Shown one piece after another: positions 1 to 9,543 of a stretch of DNA of 39,089 nucleotides (positions are counted from its first letter, which is position 1; the number at the start of each line of letters is the position of its first letter). Source of the stretch: an uncultured Candidatus Saccharibacteria bacterium (GTDB taxonomy: Bacteria > Patescibacteriota > Minisyncoccia > Phycocordibacterales > UBA1006); assembly GCA_964605495.1 (NCBI GenBank), contig CAZSCW010000001.1, positions 4,843 through 43,931 of the forward strand, read 5' to 3'. The notes beneath the pieces are model-generated. The model ran no database searches. It was not told the origin of the DNA and was given only the letters and a program-made list of their open reading frames with translations. A program made the translations under genes and the position numbers.

Positions 1-694
1 GTAATGTTGCATCAATTGTTTTTTGTCGATCGTGGTACATTGCCTCTAATTTTTCCTTACTTAATGCAATTGGTGCAGGTGTGGTTTCTGTTGAAATAAT
101 AGGTTGTACTGGAATTGTTGGGTTTGTTGATTTTTCTTCCTCAGGATGGAATTGCAGTGGTGTAGTTCCTGAAACAGTAACGGGTGCAGGTGTTGCAGGT
201 GTAACTGGAACTGATTGTGGTACTGGTTTTATATCATCTGCAATTATTGTTTGCATTGGCGATGCAACACCACCTACGCGTGTGAAATTATCTGTTTTAG
301 TAACCAATGGTGTATCATCATTAGTTATTTCAAATCCAGCTGACTCCATGACACCGGTTGGTGTTGTTACAACCTTTGGTCCACCATTTACGATATAATC
401 ATGAATCGGTGTAAAAATCCGCTCATTTACTTGCTCAATGATTTTAGTCGCTTCTGATGGTGAAATAGCTAGTCTATTAATTAATTCGTTTGGATAATCT
501 TTTACTTGTACCAATCCAACCATGACGAGCATTGTTTCAACCTGTAGGTCTTCCAGCTGGTCAATGTGCAGTCCGTAATTTTTCCCAATCGATAGCAGTT
601 CCGTTGCCCAATCAAAAGACTTTAATGCTTGTTGATTGATTTCGGGTAAGTATACCAATTGTTCTTCAAATGATTGTCGTAATTTTTCATTCAT
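1..694 (-). CDS. hypothetical protein, N-terminal 231 codons (gene runs off the left edge)
   Basis: ATG at 694-692. Hand translation (MNEKLRQSFEEQLVYLPEINQQALKSFDW...) stays open to position 1 and has a P/T-rich tail. It is absent from the ORF track because no stop lies in the window. ORF 81..398(+) is its antisense shadow. Confidence 0.6.
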   Translation of the reverse strand, partial: MNEKLRQSFEEQLVYLPEINQQALKSFDWATELLSIGKNYGLHIDQLEDLQVETMLVMVGLVQVKDYPNELINRLAISPSEATKIIEQVNERIFTPIHDYIVNGGPKVVTTPTGVMESAGFEITNDDTPLVTKTDNFTRVGGVASPMQTIIADDIKPVPQSVPVTPATPAPVTVSGTTPLQFHPEEEKSTNPTIPVQPIISTETTPAPIALSKEKLEAMYHDRQKTIDATL

Positions 695-724
695 ATTAAT
701 TAATAGTATACATTGTTTTTGATC

Positions 725-758
725 AAAAAGAAAAGAGCAGATCGCTCTTTTCTTTTTT
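725..758. terminator. intrinsic terminator hairpin downstream of the 1264-aa gene
   Basis: AGAAAAGAGC (729-738) pairs with GCTCTTTTCT (744-753) around a 5-nt loop. A/T runs flank both sides. Confidence 0.6.
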
Positions 759-770
759 AATATTAAATTT

Positions 771-3700
771 TTATTTACCAGTAACATCTCTACGAACGCC
801 TGTTGCGGCATTTTCCCCAGCATTATTCAATGCCTCACCTCCAATTAACCCTCCAGTAGCTGTCGCTACATGCTGTGTCATTCTACCAAATACTTTTTGG
901 TATGCTGCTGCTTTCTTTTCTAAATCCTCAGCATATTTTTGTTGATATTGATAGTTCAGGTTATCTAGATTATTTTGTGAAGCATTTACATCTTTTTGTG
1001 CTGCAATTACAGCATTTTGTGCAGTTGCTTTTCGTATTTGTACTTCATGATCTTGTTCATATGTTTTTAAAGCTTCTTTTTCAAAATCACTTAACGCAGT
1101 TATTTTGTTACCAAATGCATCATCATAACGTTGTTTAGCAGCTTTATGGTCACTTTTAGCTTTGTTGTACTCAGTATCTTTTTTGTTACGTTCTGCAGTT
1201 TTTTCTGCAATATCAGCTTCAATTTGAGCTTTCTTAGTTTCATCTTTTTCATTTTTAAGTTTTGTGTTGAGTTTATTAAGTTCAGATTGAACCTCATCAG
1301 CTTCTGTTTTTTTCTTGTCCATCTCTGCCTTACTTTTTTCTGCAATTGTCTTTTCTTGACTATGTAAAGCTTCAAGTTCAAGTTCAATTTTCTTCTGTCG
1401 AGCATCTCGAACACTTGTAATTCCTGAAAGATTGTTTTGATATGCATCAGCTTTTTTAATTTTATCATCATTTTCTTTAATTTCTTTATCTTTTTCAGCA
1501 ATTGTTTTATCACGATCTTGTATTTGTATATTTTTATTTTGAAGTTCAACTTTCTTGTTATCGATTTCTGTATTTTTCTTAGCAAGATCTTCTTTTTGGA
1601 AGTTAATTTGTGCTTCAATGTTTGATTTTTTATCGGGATCTGTTTCTGCTGCTGCAGCTGTTTGTAATTGCTGAATATCTTTTTCTATTACTGTTTTTTC
1701 ACTTTCTAAATTACTGAGATCATTTTCAATATCTGCTTTTTCTGTGCTTAATGTAGTTTTTTCATTTTCAACAGTTAGTTTTTCAACATTAAGTTGGATA
1801 TTTTGGTTTTTCAGATCCTCTTTCTCTTTCTCTTTCTTATCAATAAATGCTTCAGGTCCCTGATTTTCAGCTTCCATTGCAATGCGTGCATCTTCTGCCT
1901 CTTTTGCTTTCTTGGCAGCTTCCAGTTTAGCTTGTCGTTCACGTAACTCTTGTGCATCTTTTGCTTGAGCGTCTAACAATGCATCAGCAGCTTCTTTTTT
2001 GAGTTTTTCTTCTTGTTCTTTTGCAATATGTTCTTGTCGTTTTCGGTATTGTTCTGAAAGTGTTCCTTCTGCTTTAAATCCACCTTCACGTAATCCACGA
2101 GTTCCAAGGTCGATTTTTTCTCCAGACATTTCAGTAAATTTACCAAACCCTTTCATTGCACGTTCATTTTTACGAACATCAAATGACGCAGCGCCTAATT
2201 TATCACCCATAGTACGCATCCCTTTACCAAGGAAACTGTTATCGCCACGATTAGCATTTGCAAGAGCTGATCCTGCGCGTCCTAATGTCTGTCGTCCAAG
2301 CATTGCTGTTCCACCTGTTGCGGCACCTAACGCTGCAGTGGTTGCCCAACCACTTACCTTTCCTACCATCTCTCCAATTGCTCCAGACATTTCTGTAGCG
2401 ATTTTTTTACCAGCAATTAATAACGCTGCGGCAATAAATAAAGGAAACAGTATGGCAAATATTTTAATAAACATGTTACCGTTATTAATAATAGAAGCCG
2501 GAAGTAATGTTTTAATTGCAAGAATTTTTACTGTTAAGTAAACAAAGAATAAAAAAATTGGTGTTAAGAATGATAATTTTACTAAATTATTTAGCCAGCT
2601 ATCAAATCCAATATATTTATTTTTACTGAGCATTGGTATGGCGTTACCTACGAACGCCAACGGCGCAACAATAATCGATAACCATAAGCCAACTATTCTT
2701 CCTAGGAATATAAATCCACTAGATACGAATACATAAATTAAAATTAAGTATACAAAGAATAATGTAACTGCGATTATTCCATAAGAAACATAAAATTCAG
2801 TACTTTTTGTACTTCCCACAAGTATTCCTCCAAGAGTAGCAGCTGCTGCAGCTTGACCACCTTCTACGATTAATTGAGTACCACCAGATAATAGAGTATT
2901 AACAACACTGACATCATTAGTTGCTGCATAAATAGCCCCACCAAGTACTGCACCTTTACTACTGAAACCAATACTTCTGTCATCCACGAAATCGGAAAGC
3001 AAAAGAGTTTGTGGATTTACAATAGAAATAATAGCAAGTGATGGACTTTTTATACCAAGATTTGTAAACAGTGCAGATATACTTAACGGTGATAATCCAC
3101 CGACAGCAACGTCTTTTGATGCAGCATCTTCAATTTTATTATAAAAAATATTAGCAAATAAATCAGCTGTTTGAATTACTACACGACACATCATGAAACT
3201 AAAGTTTACCAACAGTGCCATGATAATTACACGGACGACTGTTTTCTTTGGCTCAAAGCCCATGATATCTTTATTCAAAATCAAACTAAATGCGGCAATG
3301 AATAATGCAAATATGAATCCAATATTTGAAAAGTCACGTATGATTGTCCATGCACTGCGTAGTCCACTTTCTAAACCACTACCAGTTAGTCCGTACATTA
3401 CAGGGCTGATAGCAATTTTTAGCGAAACATCCATAAAGATACCTGCTACTGTAGCTATACCGTTTGGAATAAATAAAATGAAATCAATAATTAATGTATA
3501 GACACTACAAAAAACATCTATAATACCACACTCGAAATCTTTCTTTGATTCCCCTTCTTGGTCTTTTTGAATATTATTTAAAGCTTGCTGTGCTGCATCA
3601 GCATTTTGTTGTTGAATTTGTTGTTGGATTGCTGCATTATCAACAGGAGTTCCTGCTGTGAATGGTAACGGTGCAGATGGAACCGGCTTACCACCATTTG

Positions 3701-4544
3701 TTTTTATTTCATTTTCCTCTATGTGAATTTTATATGCTGTTCCTGTTATTAAGTTATTAACAACAAATGTATAAGCGAGTCCCCCAGGTTGATTTACCTT
3801 ACCTGAAATTCCAGTGATTACTTTCCTATTAATTTCTCTATCATTTATATCTGTTAATACCCAAGAGATATTTACAGGTGCATTATCTGTAGACGGCGTT
3901 GGTTGGGATGAATTTTTATAAAAAACCGCACCAGTAACTTTTATTTCATCTGGTTTTACTGGATCAATGAAACCTTCAGGAATTGAAAAACTTACTTTTA
4001 TTTCACTATCCTGGTTTGTTGTTGACGCATCTATTCTTTGCGTTGTTATCTTGCCTCCACTTACTACAAATTGAACCTTACTAGAATCAACATCAGTAGT
4101 TTGAAATAAAATATCTTCATAAAACCACCCAAGATAAGTTCCATCTGCGGGCATAGGTATTTTTTGTTTGAATGTTTTTTCCTCATTATTTTTAAAGTAA
4201 TCAGTTTCGTCAAACTCGCCATCAACAATAACAGATTGATCATTTAATCTAACTACTTTGTAATGGAGAGCGATAGCGGAAAGGCCAAGAGTATCTCCTT
4301 GTGAATAGCCTCTAATATTATATCGAACAGATGATGACATATTAAATGAAGTGTTATCACCTGGAATGTTTTCAACCGTTATTCCGCGACCAAAGAAAGT
4401 ATCACCTAATGTTCCTGCATCGACAACATTTTTCTCTACATTAATTTTTGGTGTATTACCAAACAATGACACAGAAAAAAAGACTGGAGAAAGTGTTCCA
4501 ATAAGTGTAATACATAATGCGATGGCTGCGTAAAATTTTCGCAT
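771..4544 (-). CDS. giant multi-pass membrane protein with an extracytoplasmic N-domain and a K/E-rich coiled-coil C-terminal tail
   Basis: Long ORF (track 771..4565; the MRKFYAAIALCITLIG start at 4544 gives a signal/TM). It has a ~330-aa N-domain, a Q-rich linker, roughly 8-10 hydrophobic helices, a Gly-rich segment, then ~430 aa of K/E/A/Q heptad-like sequence. No family assigned. Confidence 0.8.
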   Translation of the reverse strand: MRKFYAAIALCITLIGTLSPVFFSVSLFGNTPKINVEKNVVDAGTLGDTFFGRGITVENIPGDNTSFNMSSSVRYNIRGYSQGDTLGLSAIALHYKVVRLNDQSVIVDGEFDETDYFKNNEEKTFKQKIPMPADGTYLGWFYEDILFQTTDVDSSKVQFVVSGGKITTQRIDASTTNQDSEIKVSFSIPEGFIDPVKPDEIKVTGAVFYKNSSQPTPSTDNAPVNISWVLTDINDREINRKVITGISGKVNQPGGLAYTFVVNNLITGTAYKIHIEENEIKTNGGKPVPSAPLPFTAGTPVDNAAIQQQIQQQNADAAQQALNNIQKDQEGESKKDFECGIIDVFCSVYTLIIDFILFIPNGIATVAGIFMDVSLKIAISPVMYGLTGSGLESGLRSAWTIIRDFSNIGFIFALFIAAFSLILNKDIMGFEPKKTVVRVIIMALLVNFSFMMCRVVIQTADLFANIFYNKIEDAASKDVAVGGLSPLSISALFTNLGIKSPSLAIISIVNPQTLLLSDFVDDRSIGFSSKGAVLGGAIYAATNDVSVVNTLLSGGTQLIVEGGQAAAAATLGGILVGSTKSTEFYVSYGIIAVTLFFVYLILIYVFVSSGFIFLGRIVGLWLSIIVAPLAFVGNAIPMLSKNKYIGFDSWLNNLVKLSFLTPIFLFFVYLTVKILAIKTLLPASIINNGNMFIKIFAILFPLFIAAALLIAGKKIATEMSGAIGEMVGKVSGWATTAALGAATGGTAMLGRQTLGRAGSALANANRGDNSFLGKGMRTMGDKLGAASFDVRKNERAMKGFGKFTEMSGEKIDLGTRGLREGGFKAEGTLSEQYRKRQEHIAKEQEEKLKKEAADALLDAQAKDAQELRERQAKLEAAKKAKEAEDARIAMEAENQGPEAFIDKKEKEKEDLKNQNIQLNVEKLTVENEKTTLSTEKADIENDLSNLESEKTVIEKDIQQLQTAAAAETDPDKKSNIEAQINFQKEDLAKKNTEIDNKKVELQNKNIQIQDRDKTIAEKDKEIKENDDKIKKADAYQNNLSGITSVRDARQKKIELELEALHSQEKTIAEKSKAEMDKKKTEADEVQSELNKLNTKLKNEKDETKKAQIEADIAEKTAERNKKDTEYNKAKSDHKAAKQRYDDAFGNKITALSDFEKEALKTYEQDHEVQIRKATAQNAVIAAQKDVNASQNNLDNLNYQYQQKYAEDLEKKAAAYQKVFGRMTQHVATATGGLIGGEALNNAGENAATGVRRDVTGK

Positions 4545-4588
4545 ATCTATTATGCAGTATATCACTTTACTGAAATTAAATGCAAATT

Positions 4589-4614
4589 AAAAAACCTACA
4601 AATATAGGTTTTTT
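4589..4614. terminator. hairpin between the 948-aa and 1264-aa genes
   Basis: AACCTA (4593-4598) pairs with TAGGTT (4605-4610), extended by A/T runs. Confidence 0.45.
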
Positions 4615-4624
4615 AATATAAAAA

Positions 4625-7471
4625 TTAATCAACAATATCTTCGTTAAAAAGATAGCTTACCATTGTTTTTTTAGAAATTTTTGTCCAGTCACTACTACAC
4701 TCTACAGATTTATAATGTGCAGTTATTCCACCATACCATGCATATTCTTTTACAAAGCGATTTAATCTACATAAGGCAAGATCACCTTGGCTTAATAAAT
4801 CCCAAACAGATTTTGCCGGTTCAATTTGAAAGAACTCTGCATTATTTGTCAAATTAGGATCCGTTGGCTTATCATCATCGTTTATGTCCCCCTCTACGCC
4901 GATGTCTTGCTTGCAGTATAGTCCAGTATCCCTCACTACATTACTAAGTAATCCGACAGGAACTAATCTTGTACTTTCAGTACAATTATTTAATGGATCG
5001 GCTTGGTATGCTCCTATTTTTGTGTTTAAAATACTTTGACCTGTTAATATCTCGTTTCTAACCTCTGGGGTTGTAAATTCTTTTACCCTAGTTTTTAGAA
5101 TATCGAGCATTTTTTGATGTCCATCTGGATCTGTCGAAAGATTAAAGTTTGTTAAAATAATAATTTTTAGTTTATTACAATCCATAGTTAATTTTTCAAT
5201 TTGGTCAATTGTTGAAGTAAGTTCTTGTATAGATGTTTGTATTTTCTCGGTAGTATATGGTATAGCAATATCATTTTTTATACCATTAAATGATGTTAGT
5301 ATTGATGATTTATCTTTGATAAATTTATCAAATTTTTCATTTCCTGGAACCCACTCAGTCAGATTGGTTATATATCTCTCTGGATTCACCCATAGTGACC
5401 AGATTGCACTGAGGGCCATTTTTTTCTTTACGGTACATGTTTCGTCACAAGTATCTGTTTTTTCTATATTACTAGGATCAATTCCTGCAACTAACCATGC
5501 CGAGTCGAGTACGATACCTTTTTCTGTACTACCAGTCGGTATAGTATCTAATCCTTGAATTTTTTTCGCCCACTCCACTACTGTTTTTTTATCAACAGCA
5601 TTTAGCATATCCCACTCTGTTCCAAACAATGGGGTTTTTTCAGGCATTTTATTTAATTTTTTAGCCCAATTAACAAAGATATTTTGATCTGCTGGCGACA
5701 ATAATTCCCAGTTATGATCGGTGAATGCAATGTTTTGTGGGACTGCAAGACTGGGCTCAAAGCCGTTTAGTCCAAATACACTTGATTTTAAAGTGTTTTC
5801 GATTTGTGATAACACATTTATAGTAAATTGTTTATTTAATATATCTTTTTGGTACTGCTGGAAATTTGTTCGTACTTTTTTTAATATTGCTGTTTGTGAT
5901 TGCATAATTGATGCTCCTGGAATATTCATATCAGGGCGCTGATTAAATAATTCCATTTCTGTTTTTGCATAATCAACACTAGTAATAATGTCGTTATAGA
6001 CAGCTTGTCGCCATCGTTTTGTACCTTCCTTTCCTTTATCTTTTCTTCCTTCCAATCTTGATATTTTTGCTTTTTTATAAGTATCTAATCGTTTTTGATA
6101 TCTAAAGTCAGGACCAGGGATACATTGATCTAGTGCTATAATTTGATCAGAAAAATCCTTCCCATTAGGATCGTCTTTTGTTACAAGGTTTGAGTATTTT
6201 TTAAGCAACCCTAATTCAAATCGTGTTGATGACATTGCTGATGGGAATTCTTCTTGTAAATCAATGAGTGTATATGGTATTTGTGTCCAATTAATATTTT
6301 GACCGTTTTTACCTACCAGTGATTCTGCACCACCTACTGAACTTTTGGATGGCTTGAAATCAGCATTCAGTGCAGTTAATCCTCCTTTAATAAAACTATT
6401 TACTAATCCCAATACCATTCCTGCAATTACTTCACCAAGCTCATCTGATGCAGAAAGTGTTTTTGATCCAGCGTCGAGAGCACTAGTTATCATGCCAGTA
6501 GAAGTTCCTACTGGGTTATTAATAAACTCTTCTAAACATCCACCATAATCTTCGATTACTCCTTTTACAATACTTCCAGCAATTGCAGCTTGATCTATTT
6601 TAATATCTTTTTTAATATCGTTTATATTTGGCTCGTTTTCTTTTGGTTGTTCTGGTTCTGGTGTTGGTCCGTCACCTAATATATCTGAATTATTATTAAA
6701 AGGACTTGCAGGTACAGGAACTGATGTTTCTGCATTTGTCGCAGCATTTAATTGTGCAAGTATTTCCTTGTTTGCTTTAATACTATTAATTCTCTCCTTT
6801 TGTCTATTAACATCAGCTTTGTAATCAGAAAAACTTTTATTACATTTTCCTTGTGGTTTTATGCCTGTTGATGCTAATTTAATTTTTTCCAACTCCTTTG
6901 CTTTTGCGATTTTTTCTGCAATCTCTTGTTTTGCAAGAAGCGCTGATCCAATATTAGTGTTGGCAGGATTGGATAATGCTAAAAATCCATCCCACCCACC
7001 AACTGATGCATCATTTGCAAATTGTTTGTAATTAGCACCAATAACTTTATCTAGATCAAATGCAGAAAGTGCACTTTGACCACCTGCTGCACCTTGGGCG
7101 CTTTTAATTACCGATTTTGCAATCCCAGCAGCATAGGGGTTATTAGAAATTCCTAAATCAGTTACAAACTTGTCTACTTGTTGGCTATCTAGGTTAGCAA
7201 AATAATCAGCAAAATTAGTAATAAATCCATTTTGACTACTGTCGCCACTGGCACCACCTGTTGATTTGTTTACAATTTTATTACTGAGTTTTGCTCCTGC
7301 CATTTGTGCAAGTGAGTTAGCAAGGGTGTCCAAACCATAATCTTTTATAATTTTCAAAACGTTTTTTGCCTCATTCAAAGGGTCAATATTTTGCGCATAG
7401 ATTACATTTGGAAATAGCCCAATTGAAATAAGCAAAATTGCAGATATTATTTTTTTTTGAATAGTTTTCAT
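4625..7471 (-). CDS. secreted 948-aa hypothetical protein
   Basis: Long ORF with N-terminal signal peptide MKTIQKKIISAILLISIGLFPNVIYAQN. No family recognised. Confidence 0.8.
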   Translation of the reverse strand: MKTIQKKIISAILLISIGLFPNVIYAQNIDPLNEAKNVLKIIKDYGLDTLANSLAQMAGAKLSNKIVNKSTGGASGDSSQNGFITNFADYFANLDSQQVDKFVTDLGISNNPYAAGIAKSVIKSAQGAAGGQSALSAFDLDKVIGANYKQFANDASVGGWDGFLALSNPANTNIGSALLAKQEIAEKIAKAKELEKIKLASTGIKPQGKCNKSFSDYKADVNRQKERINSIKANKEILAQLNAATNAETSVPVPASPFNNNSDILGDGPTPEPEQPKENEPNINDIKKDIKIDQAAIAGSIVKGVIEDYGGCLEEFINNPVGTSTGMITSALDAGSKTLSASDELGEVIAGMVLGLVNSFIKGGLTALNADFKPSKSSVGGAESLVGKNGQNINWTQIPYTLIDLQEEFPSAMSSTRFELGLLKKYSNLVTKDDPNGKDFSDQIIALDQCIPGPDFRYQKRLDTYKKAKISRLEGRKDKGKEGTKRWRQAVYNDIITSVDYAKTEMELFNQRPDMNIPGASIMQSQTAILKKVRTNFQQYQKDILNKQFTINVLSQIENTLKSSVFGLNGFEPSLAVPQNIAFTDHNWELLSPADQNIFVNWAKKLNKMPEKTPLFGTEWDMLNAVDKKTVVEWAKKIQGLDTIPTGSTEKGIVLDSAWLVAGIDPSNIEKTDTCDETCTVKKKMALSAIWSLWVNPERYITNLTEWVPGNEKFDKFIKDKSSILTSFNGIKNDIAIPYTTEKIQTSIQELTSTIDQIEKLTMDCNKLKIIILTNFNLSTDPDGHQKMLDILKTRVKEFTTPEVRNEILTGQSILNTKIGAYQADPLNNCTESTRLVPVGLLSNVVRDTGLYCKQDIGVEGDINDDDKPTDPNLTNNAEFFQIEPAKSVWDLLSQGDLALCRLNRFVKEYAWYGGITAHYKSVECSSDWTKISKKTMVSYLFNEDIVD

Positions 7472-7476
7472 ATATA

Positions 7477-8415
7477 TTAATTTACAGCGAACATACGTTG
7501 CATTGTGTTGTAATTATTGACTAATAAATTATAATTTTTTTGAAAAACTAAAAATATAGCAATTCTGGTTGATTCATCTGATGGCCCAAAAACACTTTTT
7601 GATAATGCTTCTGACATTCTTTTCAAATCATTTAATAACATTAGGTGACCCTCGATAAAATCATTTGGTACCGGTAATGATTTTAATTCTGTGACTTCAC
7701 GACTGAGTGTTCCTTGAAACAATGTTAACTGTGCACTGTTCTCTCCACTAAACAAACTTGCATAAATTGCTTTTATAGATGCATCATCCAATATCACAAT
7801 CTTTTTTACACTGTCTATTTTAGCTTTATAAGGTGCTTCTGCGTTATCTTCTGAATATTCAATATCATCTAACGTATATGGTGAGATTTGATTTTCAATT
7901 GAATCTGCAAGATCTAATAACTCTTTGGTAGTTGCTGCCTGGACAGCCTCTTGGATATTATTTCCTTTCGGATCTGTTAGTAATCTTTGATAAATTTTTA
8001 GCGCAAGCTTGTCTTCTGTGGTAACTGCATTTTTTGCAGCATCACTATTTAATAAATACCGCACATCCTGAGGGACACTATCGGCACTGTTTGGGATGTT
8101 TGGATCAGTACCAATTAATGCTTCTTGCCAATCAGCAAGTCCATCACCATCAGTATCTTTATCCACACTGAGTTCTCCTTTTGCTCGATCCCCTGCTACT
8201 GGTGTTGGAATAGCTACTAATGATTGCAATGCATTGTTTCTAATTTTTTGAATGAGTGATAATACAGGTTTCCATAATGCATATCCAATAATTAAAATTA
8301 ATATAATGATCAATACTCGTCTGATCTGTGGACCAGGTAAATATTTTTCCCACGGATGTTTTGGTGGTTGTATAGTGTTTTCAATTTTTTTATTATCGAT
8401 GTTAGAGGTATTCAT
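7477..8415 (-). CDS. membrane-anchored hypothetical protein with one Ca-binding-like DxDxDGD motif
   Basis: ORF 7477..8463. The start at 8415 (MNTSNIDNKK) avoids overlap with the rsmA stop at 8420. TM is VLIIILILIIGYALW; motif is DKDTDGDGLADWQE. Confidence 0.7.
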   Translation of the reverse strand: MNTSNIDNKKIENTIQPPKHPWEKYLPGPQIRRVLIIILILIIGYALWKPVLSLIQKIRNNALQSLVAIPTPVAGDRAKGELSVDKDTDGDGLADWQEALIGTDPNIPNSADSVPQDVRYLLNSDAAKNAVTTEDKLALKIYQRLLTDPKGNNIQEAVQAATTKELLDLADSIENQISPYTLDDIEYSEDNAEAPYKAKIDSVKKIVILDDASIKAIYASLFSGENSAQLTLFQGTLSREVTELKSLPVPNDFIEGHLMLLNDLKRMSEALSKSVFGPSDESTRIAIFLVFQKNYNLLVNNYNTMQRMFAVN

Positions 8416-8419
8416 ATCA

Positions 8420-9235
8420 TTATTGATTATACAATACATTGGTAATAAAAATCCAGTCATCAACTGTTAATTCTTCAGATCGAACAGTCAATGTGAGTTT
8501 TCGTTCTGAGAATATTTTTTCAAGCAATGCACGATTACCTAATCCAGCATCTAACAAGTTTTTGATAAGCACTTTTCTTTTGTGAGCAAATCCTGCATGA
8601 ATGATTTCAAAGAATTTTTTTTCAAATTGTTCATTTATAAAGTTTTTCCTTGAAATATTCTCAATTTTTATTACTGCAGAATCAACACGAGGTACAGGAT
8701 TAAAATTACCTCGAGCTACTTTGGTTACTAATTTTGGTGTTCCATATACTTTTACACTGATAGAAAGCAATGATTCCTTGTTATCCCGGGCTAAAATTCG
8801 GGTAGCAACCTCACTTTGGATTAACAAGATCATCTTTTTTGGTTGAAATTCTTCAGATAAAAACTTTCTAATGATCAATCCTGTAATATTATAAGGAATG
8901 TTTGCGGCAATAATATAGTCGTGCACCTCTATTTTTTTAAGTGTTTTTGGGTCAAAATCAATAATATCTTTGTTTATCAAGGTTAATTTCTGATTTTTGA
9001 TCTCTTTTTTGAATTTTTCGTTCAAAATATCGAATAACTGGTCATCTTTTTCAATAGCGACCACTTTCCCAGGTAATTCTATAAATTTTTTGGTTAAAGC
9101 TCCCAACCCTGGCCCAATTTCAAGGATAGTGTCTTTTACGGTTGCTTCTATTGTCTCACAGATTCGTGAAACAACCCGTTCCGAGTTTAAAAAGTTCTGG
9201 CCAAGTGATTTTTTTGGAATAACCTGTAGTGTCAT
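8420..9235 (-). CDS. rsmA: 16S rRNA (adenine1518/1519-N6)-dimethyltransferase
   Basis: KKSLGQNFL, EIGPGLGALT (SAM-binding) and NIPYNITG motifs. Start taken at MTLQVIPKK (9235). Confidence 0.9.
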   Translation of the reverse strand: MTLQVIPKKSLGQNFLNSERVVSRICETIEATVKDTILEIGPGLGALTKKFIELPGKVVAIEKDDQLFDILNEKFKKEIKNQKLTLINKDIIDFDPKTLKKIEVHDYIIAANIPYNITGLIIRKFLSEEFQPKKMILLIQSEVATRILARDNKESLLSISVKVYGTPKLVTKVARGNFNPVPRVDSAVIKIENISRKNFINEQFEKKFFEIIHAGFAHKRKVLIKNLLDAGLGNRALLEKIFSERKLTLTVRSEELTVDDWIFITNVLYNQ

Positions 9236-9543
9236 ATGTATTATCATACTGTATTTTGACAAAAATCCATAATCGTTCTCTTTTTTGGATTTCCTATTGC
9301 CGATCAGGGATCATGTGTTACCCTTTAGTATAAGAGGCATTAGTGCCCCAAATTCAGTTGCTGTAGTATGGTTGTCCTGGTTGTCTATCCGCTTTACCGT
9401 AAAAAATTATCTAGAATTCTCAATTTATTTATATCTTTTGGTCTTTTTCTAGATAGTTTATTTTTTCTTGGCTTATAAACTTTTTCAAAACAAAAACCTC
9501 TTCTTTTTCTATTATACAAAAAATCACAAGTGGTGCTACCATT

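Noticed and set aside
81-398. 105-aa plus-strand ORF in the track
   Set aside because: It lies antisense to a continuous, better-looking minus-strand reading frame (1..694) that has a proper ATG. Its Gly/Val/Thr-rich sequence is a typical shadow ORF.
875-2541. Several ORFs (875..1138, 1100..1618, 1131..1367, 1437..1625, 1999..2541) overlapping the 1264-aa gene
   Set aside because: They are frame or antisense shadows of the low-complexity K/E-rich coiled-coil region. Their F/L/K-rich nonsense composition and full containment within the long ORF support this.
9285-9415. Assigning the rsmA/peptidase intergenic element to the ydaO (c-di-AMP) riboswitch or to SRP/6S RNA
   Set aside because: The diagnostic conserved strings I remember for those families (GGGGACCCA / GGGGUGAAUC; GGAAGCAGCC) are absent on both strands. 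I keep it only as an unclassified structured element.
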